A stretch of 64,000 nt of DNA from Candidatus Saccharimonadales bacterium (GTDB lineage Bacteria; Patescibacteriota; Saccharimonadia; Saccharimonadales; EFPC-124), in NCBI GenBank assembly GCA_035457485.1, contig DATIBO010000006.1, positions 626,659 through 690,658 on the forward strand. Reading direction: 5' to 3'. Below are positions 8,384-16,882 of this stretch, one piece after another (the first letter of the stretch is position 1; each line of letters starts with the position of its first letter). The notes beneath the pieces were generated by a model. That model did no database searches. It was given only the letters and a program-made list of their open reading frames with translations, and was not told the origin of the DNA. A program made the translations under genes and the position numbers.

Positions 8384-9443
8384 ATTAGTAGGCGCTAAAT
8401 CAGTCACTGGCGACCGCGATGGCACAAAGCTGGCCATGGATGTTGTTGAAGAGCGCCTTAAAAAAATTGGTATGCAGATTTATCGCACTAGCTTCGACGG
8501 CTATGAGGCGTTGGTTGCCACTACTCAAAAAACGAAAACTCCAAAAGTTATGCTAGCGGGCCATATTGATGTAGTTCCGGCTAGCGACGATATGTTTAAA
8601 ATGCAGATTGCTGGCGACAAGATTATTGGCCGCGGCGTTTGGGACATGAAATCCGCCATTGCCGGATATATTTTGGCAGCCGAAAGCCTAAAAGATAATT
8701 TGCTGGACTACGATTTTGGAATAATGTTAAGCAGCGACGAAGAGGGGCCTGATAGAGGAATCGAAGACTTAATCGGAGAAGGTTATTTCCCAACAGATCA
8801 GGCGATCTTATTCGATGGCGCCGAAAATTGGCAGCTTGAGAAAGCCGCTAAAGGGATCACAGCTTACACAGTAAAGATCAAAGACAAAACTGGTCACGGA
8901 TCACGACCATGGCTAGTTAATAGTGCCTCGATGCGGCTGATTGAGCTCTTAAAAGAAGTTAAGGACCTATTTGCTGACGCTGGCAAGTTAACTAACACTT
9001 TAAACTTAAGCGGCCTAGAATCGGGTAAAATTGGTGTGGCCTACAATCAAATTCCGGCCGAAGCTACCGCGATGTTCGAGTTTAGAGCCGTAAGCGCCAC
9101 TGAGCGCGACAGATTAAAATCTGCAATCGAAAAAATCTGCCAAAAATACGACGCCCAATACGAAATATTTTTTAGCACCGAAGCGCTCTTCCATGACGAA
9201 AGCGATCCGCACTATATTCAATTTGCAAAAAGTGTTAAAAAAGTTACCGGGATAGAAAACAAAGGGTTTGTAAGCTCAGGAGGAAGTAGCGCCCGGTACT
9301 TTATTGACAAAGGAACTGGCTGCATAGTCACTTGGCCGGTCGGCGGGGGTCATCATAGTGAATCAGAGTGGATTGATGTCCAATCTCTAGACCACATCGC
9401 ACCCGTAATCACTGACTATCTACAAAAAATGGCCAAAGTTTAA
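8355..9443 (+). CDS. M20-family metallopeptidase (ArgE/DapE-like), second copy
   Basis: ..GHIDVVPA.., ..GRGVWDMKS.., ..SDEEGP... ATG 8355 is preferred over TTG 8346. Overlaps the upstream gene. Confidence 0.75.
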   Translation: MNEAQSLLDKLVGAKSVTGDRDGTKLAMDVVEERLKKIGMQIYRTSFDGYEALVATTQKTKTPKVMLAGHIDVVPASDDMFKMQIAGDKIIGRGVWDMKSAIAGYILAAESLKDNLLDYDFGIMLSSDEEGPDRGIEDLIGEGYFPTDQAILFDGAENWQLEKAAKGITAYTVKIKDKTGHGSRPWLVNSASMRLIELLKEVKDLFADAGKLTNTLNLSGLESGKIGVAYNQIPAEATAMFEFRAVSATERDRLKSAIEKICQKYDAQYEIFFSTEALFHDESDPHYIQFAKSVKKVTGIENKGFVSSGGSSARYFIDKGTGCIVTWPVGGGHHSESEWIDVQSLDHIAPVITDYLQKMAKV

Positions 9444-9537
9444 TCTGTTACTATTTTTGCGATTGACCAGATTACTGTATAATGTTATGCTGCCGTTAAG
9501 TGGTGTAAAAACTGAAACAAATAGGATTAGAAATTTT

Positions 9538-10047
9538 ATGACTGAGTTACCTGAAAAACAGATCAAAAGACTAAGATCTTTGATCCAGGACGCCGAAACA
9601 AATTTAGCAGCCGCTAAAGAACTTTTAGTAAGCTTAGTGGGTGAAGATCCAATTGCCCACACTGCGAACACGACCGAAGCAGCTGGTAAAATTATCGAAG
9701 GGGTCTTTGATGGCCAAACCATGCTTGATGCCGACGGTAAATCTTACCCAGTACCAGCAAACTACGCCAGCAAATCTAAGTTGGTTGAAGGCGATATATT
9801 AAAGCTCACAATCACCGAAGATGGTGGCTTTTTGTACAAACAGATCGGTCCAGTTGCGCGCAAACAAATCATCGGCACTCTACTCCAGCGCGATGGCGCT
9901 TTTGTAGTTGAAGCCGCGGGCCGCGACTACAAGGTTTTGCTAGCAAGCGTTACTTACTTTAAAGCCAAACAAGGCGACCAAGTTAGCATTATTGTACCAG
10001 AGGACAACCGCGAAGCTGAGTGGGCGGCGATTGAAGCAGCTCTGTAG
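9538..10047 (+). CDS. Hypothetical protein (170 aa)
   Basis: ATG 9538 is preferred. An upstream extended -10 (cTGTATAAT) lies inside the longer ORF-track version. No family recognised. Confidence 0.55.
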   Translation: MTELPEKQIKRLRSLIQDAETNLAAAKELLVSLVGEDPIAHTANTTEAAGKIIEGVFDGQTMLDADGKSYPVPANYASKSKLVEGDILKLTITEDGGFLYKQIGPVARKQIIGTLLQRDGAFVVEAAGRDYKVLLASVTYFKAKQGDQVSIIVPEDNREAEWAAIEAAL

Positions 10048-10188
10048 TACAGAGTCACCGATCATGACGGGTTTTGCTTGGTTAACACGATCTGTTTGCG
10101 TTGGAGCAACAAAACCGAGCAGACTTCAATAATAGCTGGCGTCGCATGCGCGGTTAGCTTATACTAAAAGCAATAAGATCGAGGGGAA

Positions 10189-11685
10189 ATGGGACAAGCG
10201 CTTTATCGTAAATACCGTTCGCGCTCACTAGCCGAAGTTATTGGCCAAGAGCACATTACCGAAACGCTAGGCAACGCCATAAAATCTGGCCGTATTAGTC
10301 ATGCTTATTTATTTACAGGCCCTCGTGGAACCGGCAAAACGAGCGTGGCGCGTATTTTGGCTCATGAAATTAACAAGTTGCCATACTCTGACAAAACTCA
10401 ACTAGATATTATTGAGATAGACGCCGCAAGTAACCGCCGAATTGACGACATACGTGAGCTACGCGAAAAAGTTCATATTGCACCTGTAAACGCTCCTTAC
10501 AAAGTTTACATAATTGACGAAGTCCACATGCTAACAGGGGAGAGTTTTAACGCCTTGCTAAAAACTCTTGAGGAACCCCCCGAACATGTGGTATTTATTT
10601 TAGCGACCACCGAATCCCACAAACTGCCTGCGACCATAATTAGCCGTACACAGCGCTTCGCGTTTAGGTTGGTAGACCGAGCAAAGGTTATTGGACACTT
10701 AAAAAACATAGCTCAAAAAGAAGGCATCAAGATCACAGACGATGCTCTTCAGATTATCGCCGAGCATGGCGGCGGATCTTTCCGTGATAGCATAAGTCTT
10801 CTTGATCAAATTTCAAACATTACAGATGACGACATTACGGCACAAAGTATCGAGCAGGCTCTGGGTCTGGCTGCGAACAGTGCGGTTCAATCTGTTTTAA
10901 ATTGCTTGCTAACAGGTGATCACTTGACTTTGGGACAGATCTTAGACGATATTGACGCGCAAGGAGTTGCTCCAGCGGCTTTCGTCAATCAGTTGTCGAA
11001 ACAGATCACCAACCAAGCAACAAGCCACCCGCAGCTTTATGATTTACTCGATAAACTACTCGACGTGCCACGAGCGTACAACCCGCGATTGAAAATGCTA
11101 GCGATTTTGCTAAGTTTCGCAGCTCAGGGCAAGCAAGGTAAGCCCGCAAAAACAATGGCAACGCAGGTTACGCCAGCTGTTTTGCAAACGATCGAAAAAA
11201 TTGAAAAGCCTAAAGCTAACGAGACACCGCAACCAGCACAAGCGGAACCAGATCAAAAACGACCAACTGCGCCACAGATAAAACTAACTTCAGACAAGAA
11301 TAACAACCAACGAGACGCTACCGCCAAAACCATAAAGCTAGATGACATTACCGCTGAGCAATGGCAGCAAATTACCGATGCCGTTAAAAAAGTTAACATA
11401 CCCCTGCACTCGGTTTTGAAACACGCGGTACCGCTTTTTGACGCGCAGAATCAAAAATTAACTCTAGCTTTTAAGTGGCAATTACATCGCAAAAAACTTG
11501 ATGACGTTAAACAAAAGATGGTAATTAGCCAAATTGTTACCGAGATTTTTAACGGCGACATAGAGGTAACGACATCACTCAACAAAGAAGCGTCTATGCC
11601 TATTACGAGTGATGACCCGACAGTTATGAGCGTGGCTGATATTATGGGTGGCGGTGAAATTGTAAATTTGGACGGGAACTCATAG
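10189..11685 (+). CDS. dnaX: DNA polymerase III gamma/tau subunit
   Basis: ..YLFTGPRGTGKTS.. Walker A, ..IIDEVHML.., ..SRTQRF... Confidence 0.9.
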   Translation: MGQALYRKYRSRSLAEVIGQEHITETLGNAIKSGRISHAYLFTGPRGTGKTSVARILAHEINKLPYSDKTQLDIIEIDAASNRRIDDIRELREKVHIAPVNAPYKVYIIDEVHMLTGESFNALLKTLEEPPEHVVFILATTESHKLPATIISRTQRFAFRLVDRAKVIGHLKNIAQKEGIKITDDALQIIAEHGGGSFRDSISLLDQISNITDDDITAQSIEQALGLAANSAVQSVLNCLLTGDHLTLGQILDDIDAQGVAPAAFVNQLSKQITNQATSHPQLYDLLDKLLDVPRAYNPRLKMLAILLSFAAQGKQGKPAKTMATQVTPAVLQTIEKIEKPKANETPQPAQAEPDQKRPTAPQIKLTSDKNNNQRDATAKTIKLDDITAEQWQQITDAVKKVNIPLHSVLKHAVPLFDAQNQKLTLAFKWQLHRKKLDDVKQKMVISQIVTEIFNGDIEVTTSLNKEASMPITSDDPTVMSVADIMGGGEIVNLDGNS

Positions 11686-13062
11686 ATGGCCGATTTTAAA
11701 AAACAGGATTTTAAGAACAAAAAACAACCGACACAGGGAAAGATTCAGCCTCAAAACCTCGATGCAGAGATTAGCTTGCTCGGCGCGGTTTTAATTGACG
11801 AAGAAGTTTTGACGCGCGTTAGTGATAAAATTCATGCTGACGATTTTTATGATCCACGCCATGAGCTGATTTTTGGGGCGATGATTGGTCTTTACGAACG
11901 CCACAAACCAGTGGATCTATTAACGCTTTCTAATGAACTCAAAAAGAAAGACGAACTTGAGAGTGCTGGTGGGACCGAGTATTTAACAGAACTCAGCAAC
12001 CAAGTACCAACAGCCGCACACGCCGAAAGTTATGCCGAAATTATCTCGCAGAATGCCATGCGCCGTAGATTGATCACTGCTTCGGGTGCAATCGCCGAAC
12101 TTGGTTTTGACGAAAGTAAAAACACTGGCGAGCTTTTAGAGCAAGCCGAGGCCGAGCTTTTTGCGGTTTCCGACAAGACTCTGCGTCAGGAATTAGCAAG
12201 TTTAGAGCAAATCTTAACTGAAAGCTTTGATCGAATCGAAGAGCTTCATAGTAACAAAGACGGACTGCGCGGCGTGCGAACTGGGTTTCGCGACCTTGAC
12301 AACCTGACCGCCGGCTTGCAGCGCAGCGATCTTGTAATTTTAGCCGCTCGACCAGCCATGGGTAAAACAACCCTCGTCACAAACTTAGCGTATAACGTTG
12401 CCACGATCGAAAAAAAGTCAGTTTTGTTCTTTAACCTCGAGATGAGTAAGGAACAGTTGGTTGACCGTATGTTGGCCGACGCAGCCGGGGTAGACGCCTG
12501 GAACATTCGCACTGGTAAGTTAACCGATGAAGATTTTGAAAAAATCAGTCACGCCATGGGAGAGATGGCCGAAGCGCCAATTTACATTGACGATACGCCA
12601 GGCTTGAGCGTTCTTGAGCTCCGTACCAAAGCTCGCCGAGCAGCGCATGAACATCCGCTTGGCTTGATTATTATCGACTACTTACAACTTATGTCGGGTA
12701 GCGGCCGCAGCGGCGATAACCGCGTGCAAGAGGTGAGCGAAATCTCGCGAGGCTTAAAATTGGTTGCCCGCGAACTTAACGTGCCGGTGATCGCACTAAG
12801 TCAGCTTTCGCGTTCTGTCGAAACCCGCACACCACCAGTGCCCCAGCTTAGCGACTTACGTGAATCTGGATCCATCGAGCAAGACGCTGACATCGTAGCC
12901 TTTATTTACCGCGAAGCCTATTACAACCCAGAGACTGAACGCCAAAACGTTACAGACCTGATTTTGGCTAAGCATCGTAATGGTCCCACTGGCAAAGTTG
13001 AGCTTTACTTCCACCCAGAACGTTTGCGATTTATGACGCTAGACAAACAACACCATCAATAA
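11686..13062 (+). CDS. dnaB: Replicative DNA helicase
   Basis: ..ILAARPAMGKTT.. Walker A, ..IIIDYLQLM.., ..SQLSRSVE... Confidence 0.95.
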   Translation: MADFKKQDFKNKKQPTQGKIQPQNLDAEISLLGAVLIDEEVLTRVSDKIHADDFYDPRHELIFGAMIGLYERHKPVDLLTLSNELKKKDELESAGGTEYLTELSNQVPTAAHAESYAEIISQNAMRRRLITASGAIAELGFDESKNTGELLEQAEAELFAVSDKTLRQELASLEQILTESFDRIEELHSNKDGLRGVRTGFRDLDNLTAGLQRSDLVILAARPAMGKTTLVTNLAYNVATIEKKSVLFFNLEMSKEQLVDRMLADAAGVDAWNIRTGKLTDEDFEKISHAMGEMAEAPIYIDDTPGLSVLELRTKARRAAHEHPLGLIIIDYLQLMSGSGRSGDNRVQEVSEISRGLKLVARELNVPVIALSQLSRSVETRTPPVPQLSDLRESGSIEQDADIVAFIYREAYYNPETERQNVTDLILAKHRNGPTGKVELYFHPERLRFMTLDKQHHQ

Positions 13063-13074
13063 ATTCTATAACGA

Positions 13075-13117
13075 AGCCCTCGTTCAGTTCGCCACTATCT
13101 GCGAATGAACGAGGGCT
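13075..13117. terminator. GC-rich hairpin between convergent dnaB and the islet-B ORF
   Basis: GCCCTCGTTCA (13076-13086) pairs with TGAACGAGGGC (13106-13116), 19-nt loop, no clear U-tract. Confidence 0.45.
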
Positions 13118-13129
13118 CACCACCTTCAA

Positions 13130-13567
13130 CTAAGAGTTTGAGAAATCGCCCAGCCGAGTACGCTGACCGCAGCACTCTCCGAGCGCCTCGGCGATCACGT
13201 CCTCGACGCGCGAGACCAGCAGCGATACCTGAGCGAAGCTGTACCGGTGGACTTTGCGAGCCTGGAAGTACATCGTCTCGGGCATCTCAACGCCCGCCTT
13301 GATCTCGATCCGAGAACCCTGGGCGATGACAGAGATGTGAAGCGTGCCACTGCCGAACGGGGCAGCTCCATGCATCTTCTGTAGCGTCAGCAGGATTCCA
13401 GCGTCGAACAGGTCGACCGGATAGTCTGCAGCGTCCGCCTGATTGATACTGGAGTACTCGTAGTTCGCGAAGAACTGCTGGAGCGCATTGATGATGCTCC
13501 GCCGCTGATCAGCGCTCAGCGATTGACCCCCTCGGACAAGCACGCTGCATTTTGGCCACACGTTCAC
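13130..13567 (-). CDS. GC-rich islet B ORF, hypothetical 145-aa protein
   Basis: GTG start with AAAAGGAGG 5 nt upstream. TGTTATAGT extended -10 (rc of 13599-13607). G/C-rich third codon positions. No family recognised. Confidence 0.55.
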   Translation of the reverse strand: MNVWPKCSVLVRGGQSLSADQRRSIINALQQFFANYEYSSINQADAADYPVDLFDAGILLTLQKMHGAAPFGSGTLHISVIAQGSRIEIKAGVEMPETMYFQARKVHRYSFAQVSLLVSRVEDVIAEALGECCGQRTRLGDFSNS

Positions 13568-13671
13568 GTGGTCCTCCTTTTGTAGGTGACTTAAACTAAC
13601 TATAACATAAAAACCAAAAAAATAAAGCTAACACCATACAGCAACGTACGCTATACTAAACCTAAAGCAAT

Positions 13672-15141
13672 ATGAAAATCCTTCCTGTTTCAGAATGGAC
13701 ATTCTACAAATACCGTTTTCAACTGGGGTATGGTTTTTTAGCCCTAGTTGTAGCGCTTTATATTTTACTTTTTAGCGGGTTGATTCCACCTGGCTTAAGT
13801 ACCACCGAAACTCAAAGCCTAATAACTTCTACAGATCTGAAACTTAACGAGCTGCCAACTGCAATCGTTGACCTACCTTATCATTTGCTGCAAAAAGCAA
13901 GCGTAGAACTCTTGGGAGTGACGCCATTCGGAGTCCGCTTGCCATCCATGTTGTTTGGAATTTTAACGGCTATATTTACAGCTTTGGTTTTACGTCGATG
14001 GATGCCGTCGAATGTTGCACTAATTAGCAGCTTACTAATGCTGACCTCTGGATGGTTTATTGGTACGGCACGTTTGGGCGCACCTTTTATTACGATTGCG
14101 TTTTTTTCAGCCCTAGTCCTGCTCTCAGCCACTTACATATCACAACAAACCAAACACTGGAAACGCTGGAAGGTTGTTTTAGCATTTACAGCCGCGCTTT
14201 CGCTTTACAGTCCGTTTATGATTTATCTGTTTGCCGCCGCAATTATTGCATCTTTTGCTCAACCGCATTTACGATACTTAATTAGGCGCAGCAGCAAGTT
14301 TCACCTAACGCTAGGAACACTTATTTTTGCATTAACACTCGTGCCTTTAGGATGGGGTTTGTACAGGGACATTTCCCAAATCTGGACTTTGGTAGCTATA
14401 CCGCAAGATTTACCTGGACCAGTTCAGTTCTTCCAAAATCTCGTCCAGGCGGCAAGCAATTTTGTAAATCCGTTTAATATTAGCTTTGGCGAATTTGTAA
14501 CACCATTAGTCAGCTTGGCGGCAGCACTATTCTTGGTTGCCGGAATCGTTCGAATTCTGCGCGATTTTCATGCGATCAGAACATATTTACTGTTAATTTG
14601 GGCTGCTTTGCTAATACCAATTATGGGCTTTAACCCCAACAATCTGACTGTTCTAATGATTCCATCATTCATCGTAATTGCAATTGGAGTCCAGCCTATA
14701 ATCAGTTATTGGTATAAGATCTTCCCGCTCAATCCATATGCCCGAGTTTTTGGGTTAATTCCTCTGTCTTTATTACTACTTACGGTTATACAATTTAACG
14801 ACCAACGTTACACTTTTGGAATGCTGTACAGCGAGAGCGCCCAACAAACATTCAATAGTGATCTGTTCCTGGCGCAAAACGAGTTGAGCAAGATGCCAGA
14901 AGATCAGCTTGTATTCGTGGTTGTACCCGAAATAGACAAAAAACTCTATCAAATTGAGGCATCAAACAGACCAAACACAACAGTGGTGAATCCTGCCGAG
15001 GTTAATCTACAAAACGGCAAGTGGATTATCGCCGAATCTCAGATAAATAGCGTGGCAACTTTACCGGCACCAGTTGCGACTTCGGTTCTGGTTAACGATA
15101 ATGCTACCGAGGCTTTGCGTTTTAGAGTATTTGATAGATAA
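13672..15141 (+). CDS. Polytopic membrane protein, GT-C-type (PMT/ArnT-like) glycosyltransferase candidate
   Basis: 489 aa with about 11-13 hydrophobic segments followed by a C-terminal soluble region. The family call rests on architecture only. Confidence 0.45.
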   Translation: MKILPVSEWTFYKYRFQLGYGFLALVVALYILLFSGLIPPGLSTTETQSLITSTDLKLNELPTAIVDLPYHLLQKASVELLGVTPFGVRLPSMLFGILTAIFTALVLRRWMPSNVALISSLLMLTSGWFIGTARLGAPFITIAFFSALVLLSATYISQQTKHWKRWKVVLAFTAALSLYSPFMIYLFAAAIIASFAQPHLRYLIRRSSKFHLTLGTLIFALTLVPLGWGLYRDISQIWTLVAIPQDLPGPVQFFQNLVQAASNFVNPFNISFGEFVTPLVSLAAALFLVAGIVRILRDFHAIRTYLLLIWAALLIPIMGFNPNNLTVLMIPSFIVIAIGVQPIISYWYKIFPLNPYARVFGLIPLSLLLLTVIQFNDQRYTFGMLYSESAQQTFNSDLFLAQNELSKMPEDQLVFVVVPEIDKKLYQIEASNRPNTTVVNPAEVNLQNGKWIIAESQINSVATLPAPVATSVLVNDNATEALRFRVFDR

Positions 15142-15177
15142 TATAACCTGATGAAAGCTGTTAATTAGGAGTTGTAA

Positions 15178-15465
15178 ATGTTTAACCAAGCTAAAGCAAT
15201 TATGAAAATCAAAAAAGCTCAAAAAGAGCTTGCAAACGAAGTTATCGAAGTCGAAGCAGGCGATGGAGCAGTTTTAGTCCGCATTACCGGTGAGCAAAAA
15301 ATTAAAGAAGTCAAAATCGACCCTGAGCGCGTCGATCTAGAAGACATTGCAGAGCTGGAACGATGGATAGCTACCGCAGTAAAAGAGGCAATTAGTCGAT
15401 CTCAGCAAGTTGCCGCCGAAAAAATGAAACCACTTATGGGAAGTTTGGGTAACTTGGGCCTTTAA
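15178..15465 (+). CDS. ybaB: Nucleoid-associated protein YbaB/EbfC
   Basis: 95 aa. ..GDGAVLVRITGEQKIKEVKIDP... Sits upstream of recR with a 1-nt overlap. Confidence 0.85.
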   Translation: MFNQAKAIMKIKKAQKELANEVIEVEAGDGAVLVRITGEQKIKEVKIDPERVDLEDIAELERWIATAVKEAISRSQQVAAEKMKPLMGSLGNLGL

Positions 15466-16070
15466 TGTCCGCGATCTTGCCAAAGGCCTTAACAAAACTA
15501 ATCGACGAGCTAGGTGCGCTACCAGGAGTGGGGCAGCGCACCGCAGAACGCTATGCCTATGCTTTGTTGCGGCGCGAACCGGGAGTTTCACAAAAACTAG
15601 CAGATGCAATGTCGGGTTTGCATAGCGGTGTTTCTTACTGCCCTAAGACTTTTGTGTTAATCGAAAAGGGGCAAGAGCTTTCACCTTTGTATAGTGATCC
15701 TGGCCGAGATAAAACCATTGTTGCGGTAGTCGAAGAGCCGCTAGACGTTGTGGCTTTAGAGCGAACTGGTCAGTTCAAAGGTACTTACCATGTTTTGGGC
15801 GGCGTTATTTCTCCGATTGACGGGGTTGGCCCTGAGCAATTAAAGATCCCGGAGCTATTAAAACGAATTGATGACGACGGCATAAGCGAGCTTATTTTAG
15901 CGATGAACGCCAGCGTAGAAGGTGAGTCGACGGCACTATATTTACAGCGACACATTGGCGATAAGGTCAGGATTACTCGGCTTGCACGCGGCCTACCGGT
16001 TGGAGTCGATCTTGAGTATGCAGACCAAATTACTTTAAGCCACGCCTTGGAAGGCAGGCAGAGTATGTAA
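15465..16070 (+). CDS. recR: Recombination protein RecR
   Basis: ..LPGVGQRTAERYA.. HhH motif, Toprim region ..VVEEPLDVVALE... Confidence 0.9.
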   Translation: MSAILPKALTKLIDELGALPGVGQRTAERYAYALLRREPGVSQKLADAMSGLHSGVSYCPKTFVLIEKGQELSPLYSDPGRDKTIVAVVEEPLDVVALERTGQFKGTYHVLGGVISPIDGVGPEQLKIPELLKRIDDDGISELILAMNASVEGESTALYLQRHIGDKVRITRLARGLPVGVDLEYADQITLSHALEGRQSM

Positions 16071-16076
16071 TGTAAA

Positions 16077-16103
16077 GTCCCCGCCGACATAGCCGACGGG
16101 GAC
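16077..16103. terminator. GC-rich hairpin between convergent recR and the islet-C ORF
   Basis: GTCCCCGCCG acatagc CGACGGGGAC (10 bp, one mismatch). Confidence 0.4.
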
Positions 16104-16122
16104 ATCTGCAGGGCCGTGCCCG

Positions 16123-16680
16123 TTACCAGCGATCGCGCCAGCGCTCGACCACGGTCGGGAAGACCTCTTCGAACCCACGACCGTCTTGAAGCCAGGCGAT
16201 TGCCTGTCCGATCAGCAGATCGGCGTGTTCTTGACGGTTGTTGGGTATGCCTTCGGGCACACGGATCTCATTGTAGAGACCCGTTTCCAGAAGACGCCGA
16301 GCGATGGCGCGGCTGTCCACAGTCGTGCCAACATGCCAGGCCTGACCGAATCTGACCAGCCAGTTCAGCAGAAGCTCGCGATCGATCAGGTGGAGTTTGT
16401 GGAACTCATCGAGAAGATCCGAGATCGCCAGAGCCTTAGGTATCGACTGGCGAACCCGCTGCTCCAGATCTCTGGTTTCTCGACCCTGGCGGTACTGAGC
16501 CATGGCCTCCTCGTGAGTCGAGTTCGGGTGGACGACGACATCGACACCATTGAAGTCCGAAACCACCGCGGTCCTGCGATTGCGAGCCTCGAGGAGTAAC
16601 TCCTCTATGTGCTCTTCAATCGGAATCCAGGGGGAAGTTTCGACCCTCGTGGGCCCTTGCTCTTTTCGTCTGAACCACAT
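16123..16680 (-). CDS. GC-rich islet C ORF, hypothetical 185-aa protein
   Basis: ATG with AAAGGAGAGG upstream. TGATAAAGT extended -10 (rc of 16708-16716). The antisense 137-aa ORF is a shadow. No family recognised. Confidence 0.55.
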   Translation of the reverse strand: MWFRRKEQGPTRVETSPWIPIEEHIEELLLEARNRRTAVVSDFNGVDVVVHPNSTHEEAMAQYRQGRETRDLEQRVRQSIPKALAISDLLDEFHKLHLIDRELLLNWLVRFGQAWHVGTTVDSRAIARRLLETGLYNEIRVPEGIPNNRQEHADLLIGQAIAWLQDGRGFEEVFPTVVERWRDRW

Positions 16681-16811
16681 GGTCCTCTCCTTTGAGACGA
16701 TACATATACTTTATCATAAAAACCCAAATTGTAAACTTTTGATAAAGAGGTTATGCTCACAAAAGGACCGCGCTACACTCTCGAGCTGGCGTGGCTGCCT
16801 AAGTGACAGTC

Positions 16812-16846
16812 GAGTGGCGCCTGGGGCACAACCCCGGGCGCCACTC
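16812..16846. other. ORF-less GC-rich hairpin stub
   Basis: GAGTGGCGCCTGGGG cacaa CCCCGGGCGCCACTC (15 bp including one G-U), extendable by GTCG/CGAC. Embedded in a roughly 95-nt GC-rich patch between two AT-rich promoters. Confidence 0.5.
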
Positions 16847-16882
16847 ACGACGAAAACGACATTATCTGTTAGAATAGTCTTG

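Noticed and set aside
10048-10188. An SRP (4.5S) RNA gene upstream of dnaX, a common location in other bacteria.
   Set aside because: I could not find the conserved GGAAGCAGC/GNAR-tetraloop domain IV motif. The region only shows a modest hairpin and a TATACT promoter for dnaX.
10189-11685. A programmed -1 frameshift site in dnaX (A AAA AAG type).
   Set aside because: No A-AAA-AAG heptamer with a downstream hairpin was seen. The A-runs present (for example near 11195) are not in the required context.
13049-13637. An 8-bp direct repeat AACACCAT (13049-13056 and 13630-13637) as the true boundaries of islet B.
   Set aside because: Using it as a target duplication would remove the dnaB stop codon and extend dnaB by about 50 implausible codons into the next gene, so it is almost certainly a chance match. 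It is also a warning that the 6-7-bp flanking repeats noted for islets B, C and D may be chance too.
16550-16882. The 111-codon N-terminal extension of the DHH phosphoesterase ORF, and the 44-codon extension of ORF 3713-4828.
   Set aside because: Both extensions read through GC-rich islet sequence or antisense to it and give implausible peptides. Good internal starts with a promoter or SD exist at 16883 and 4696.
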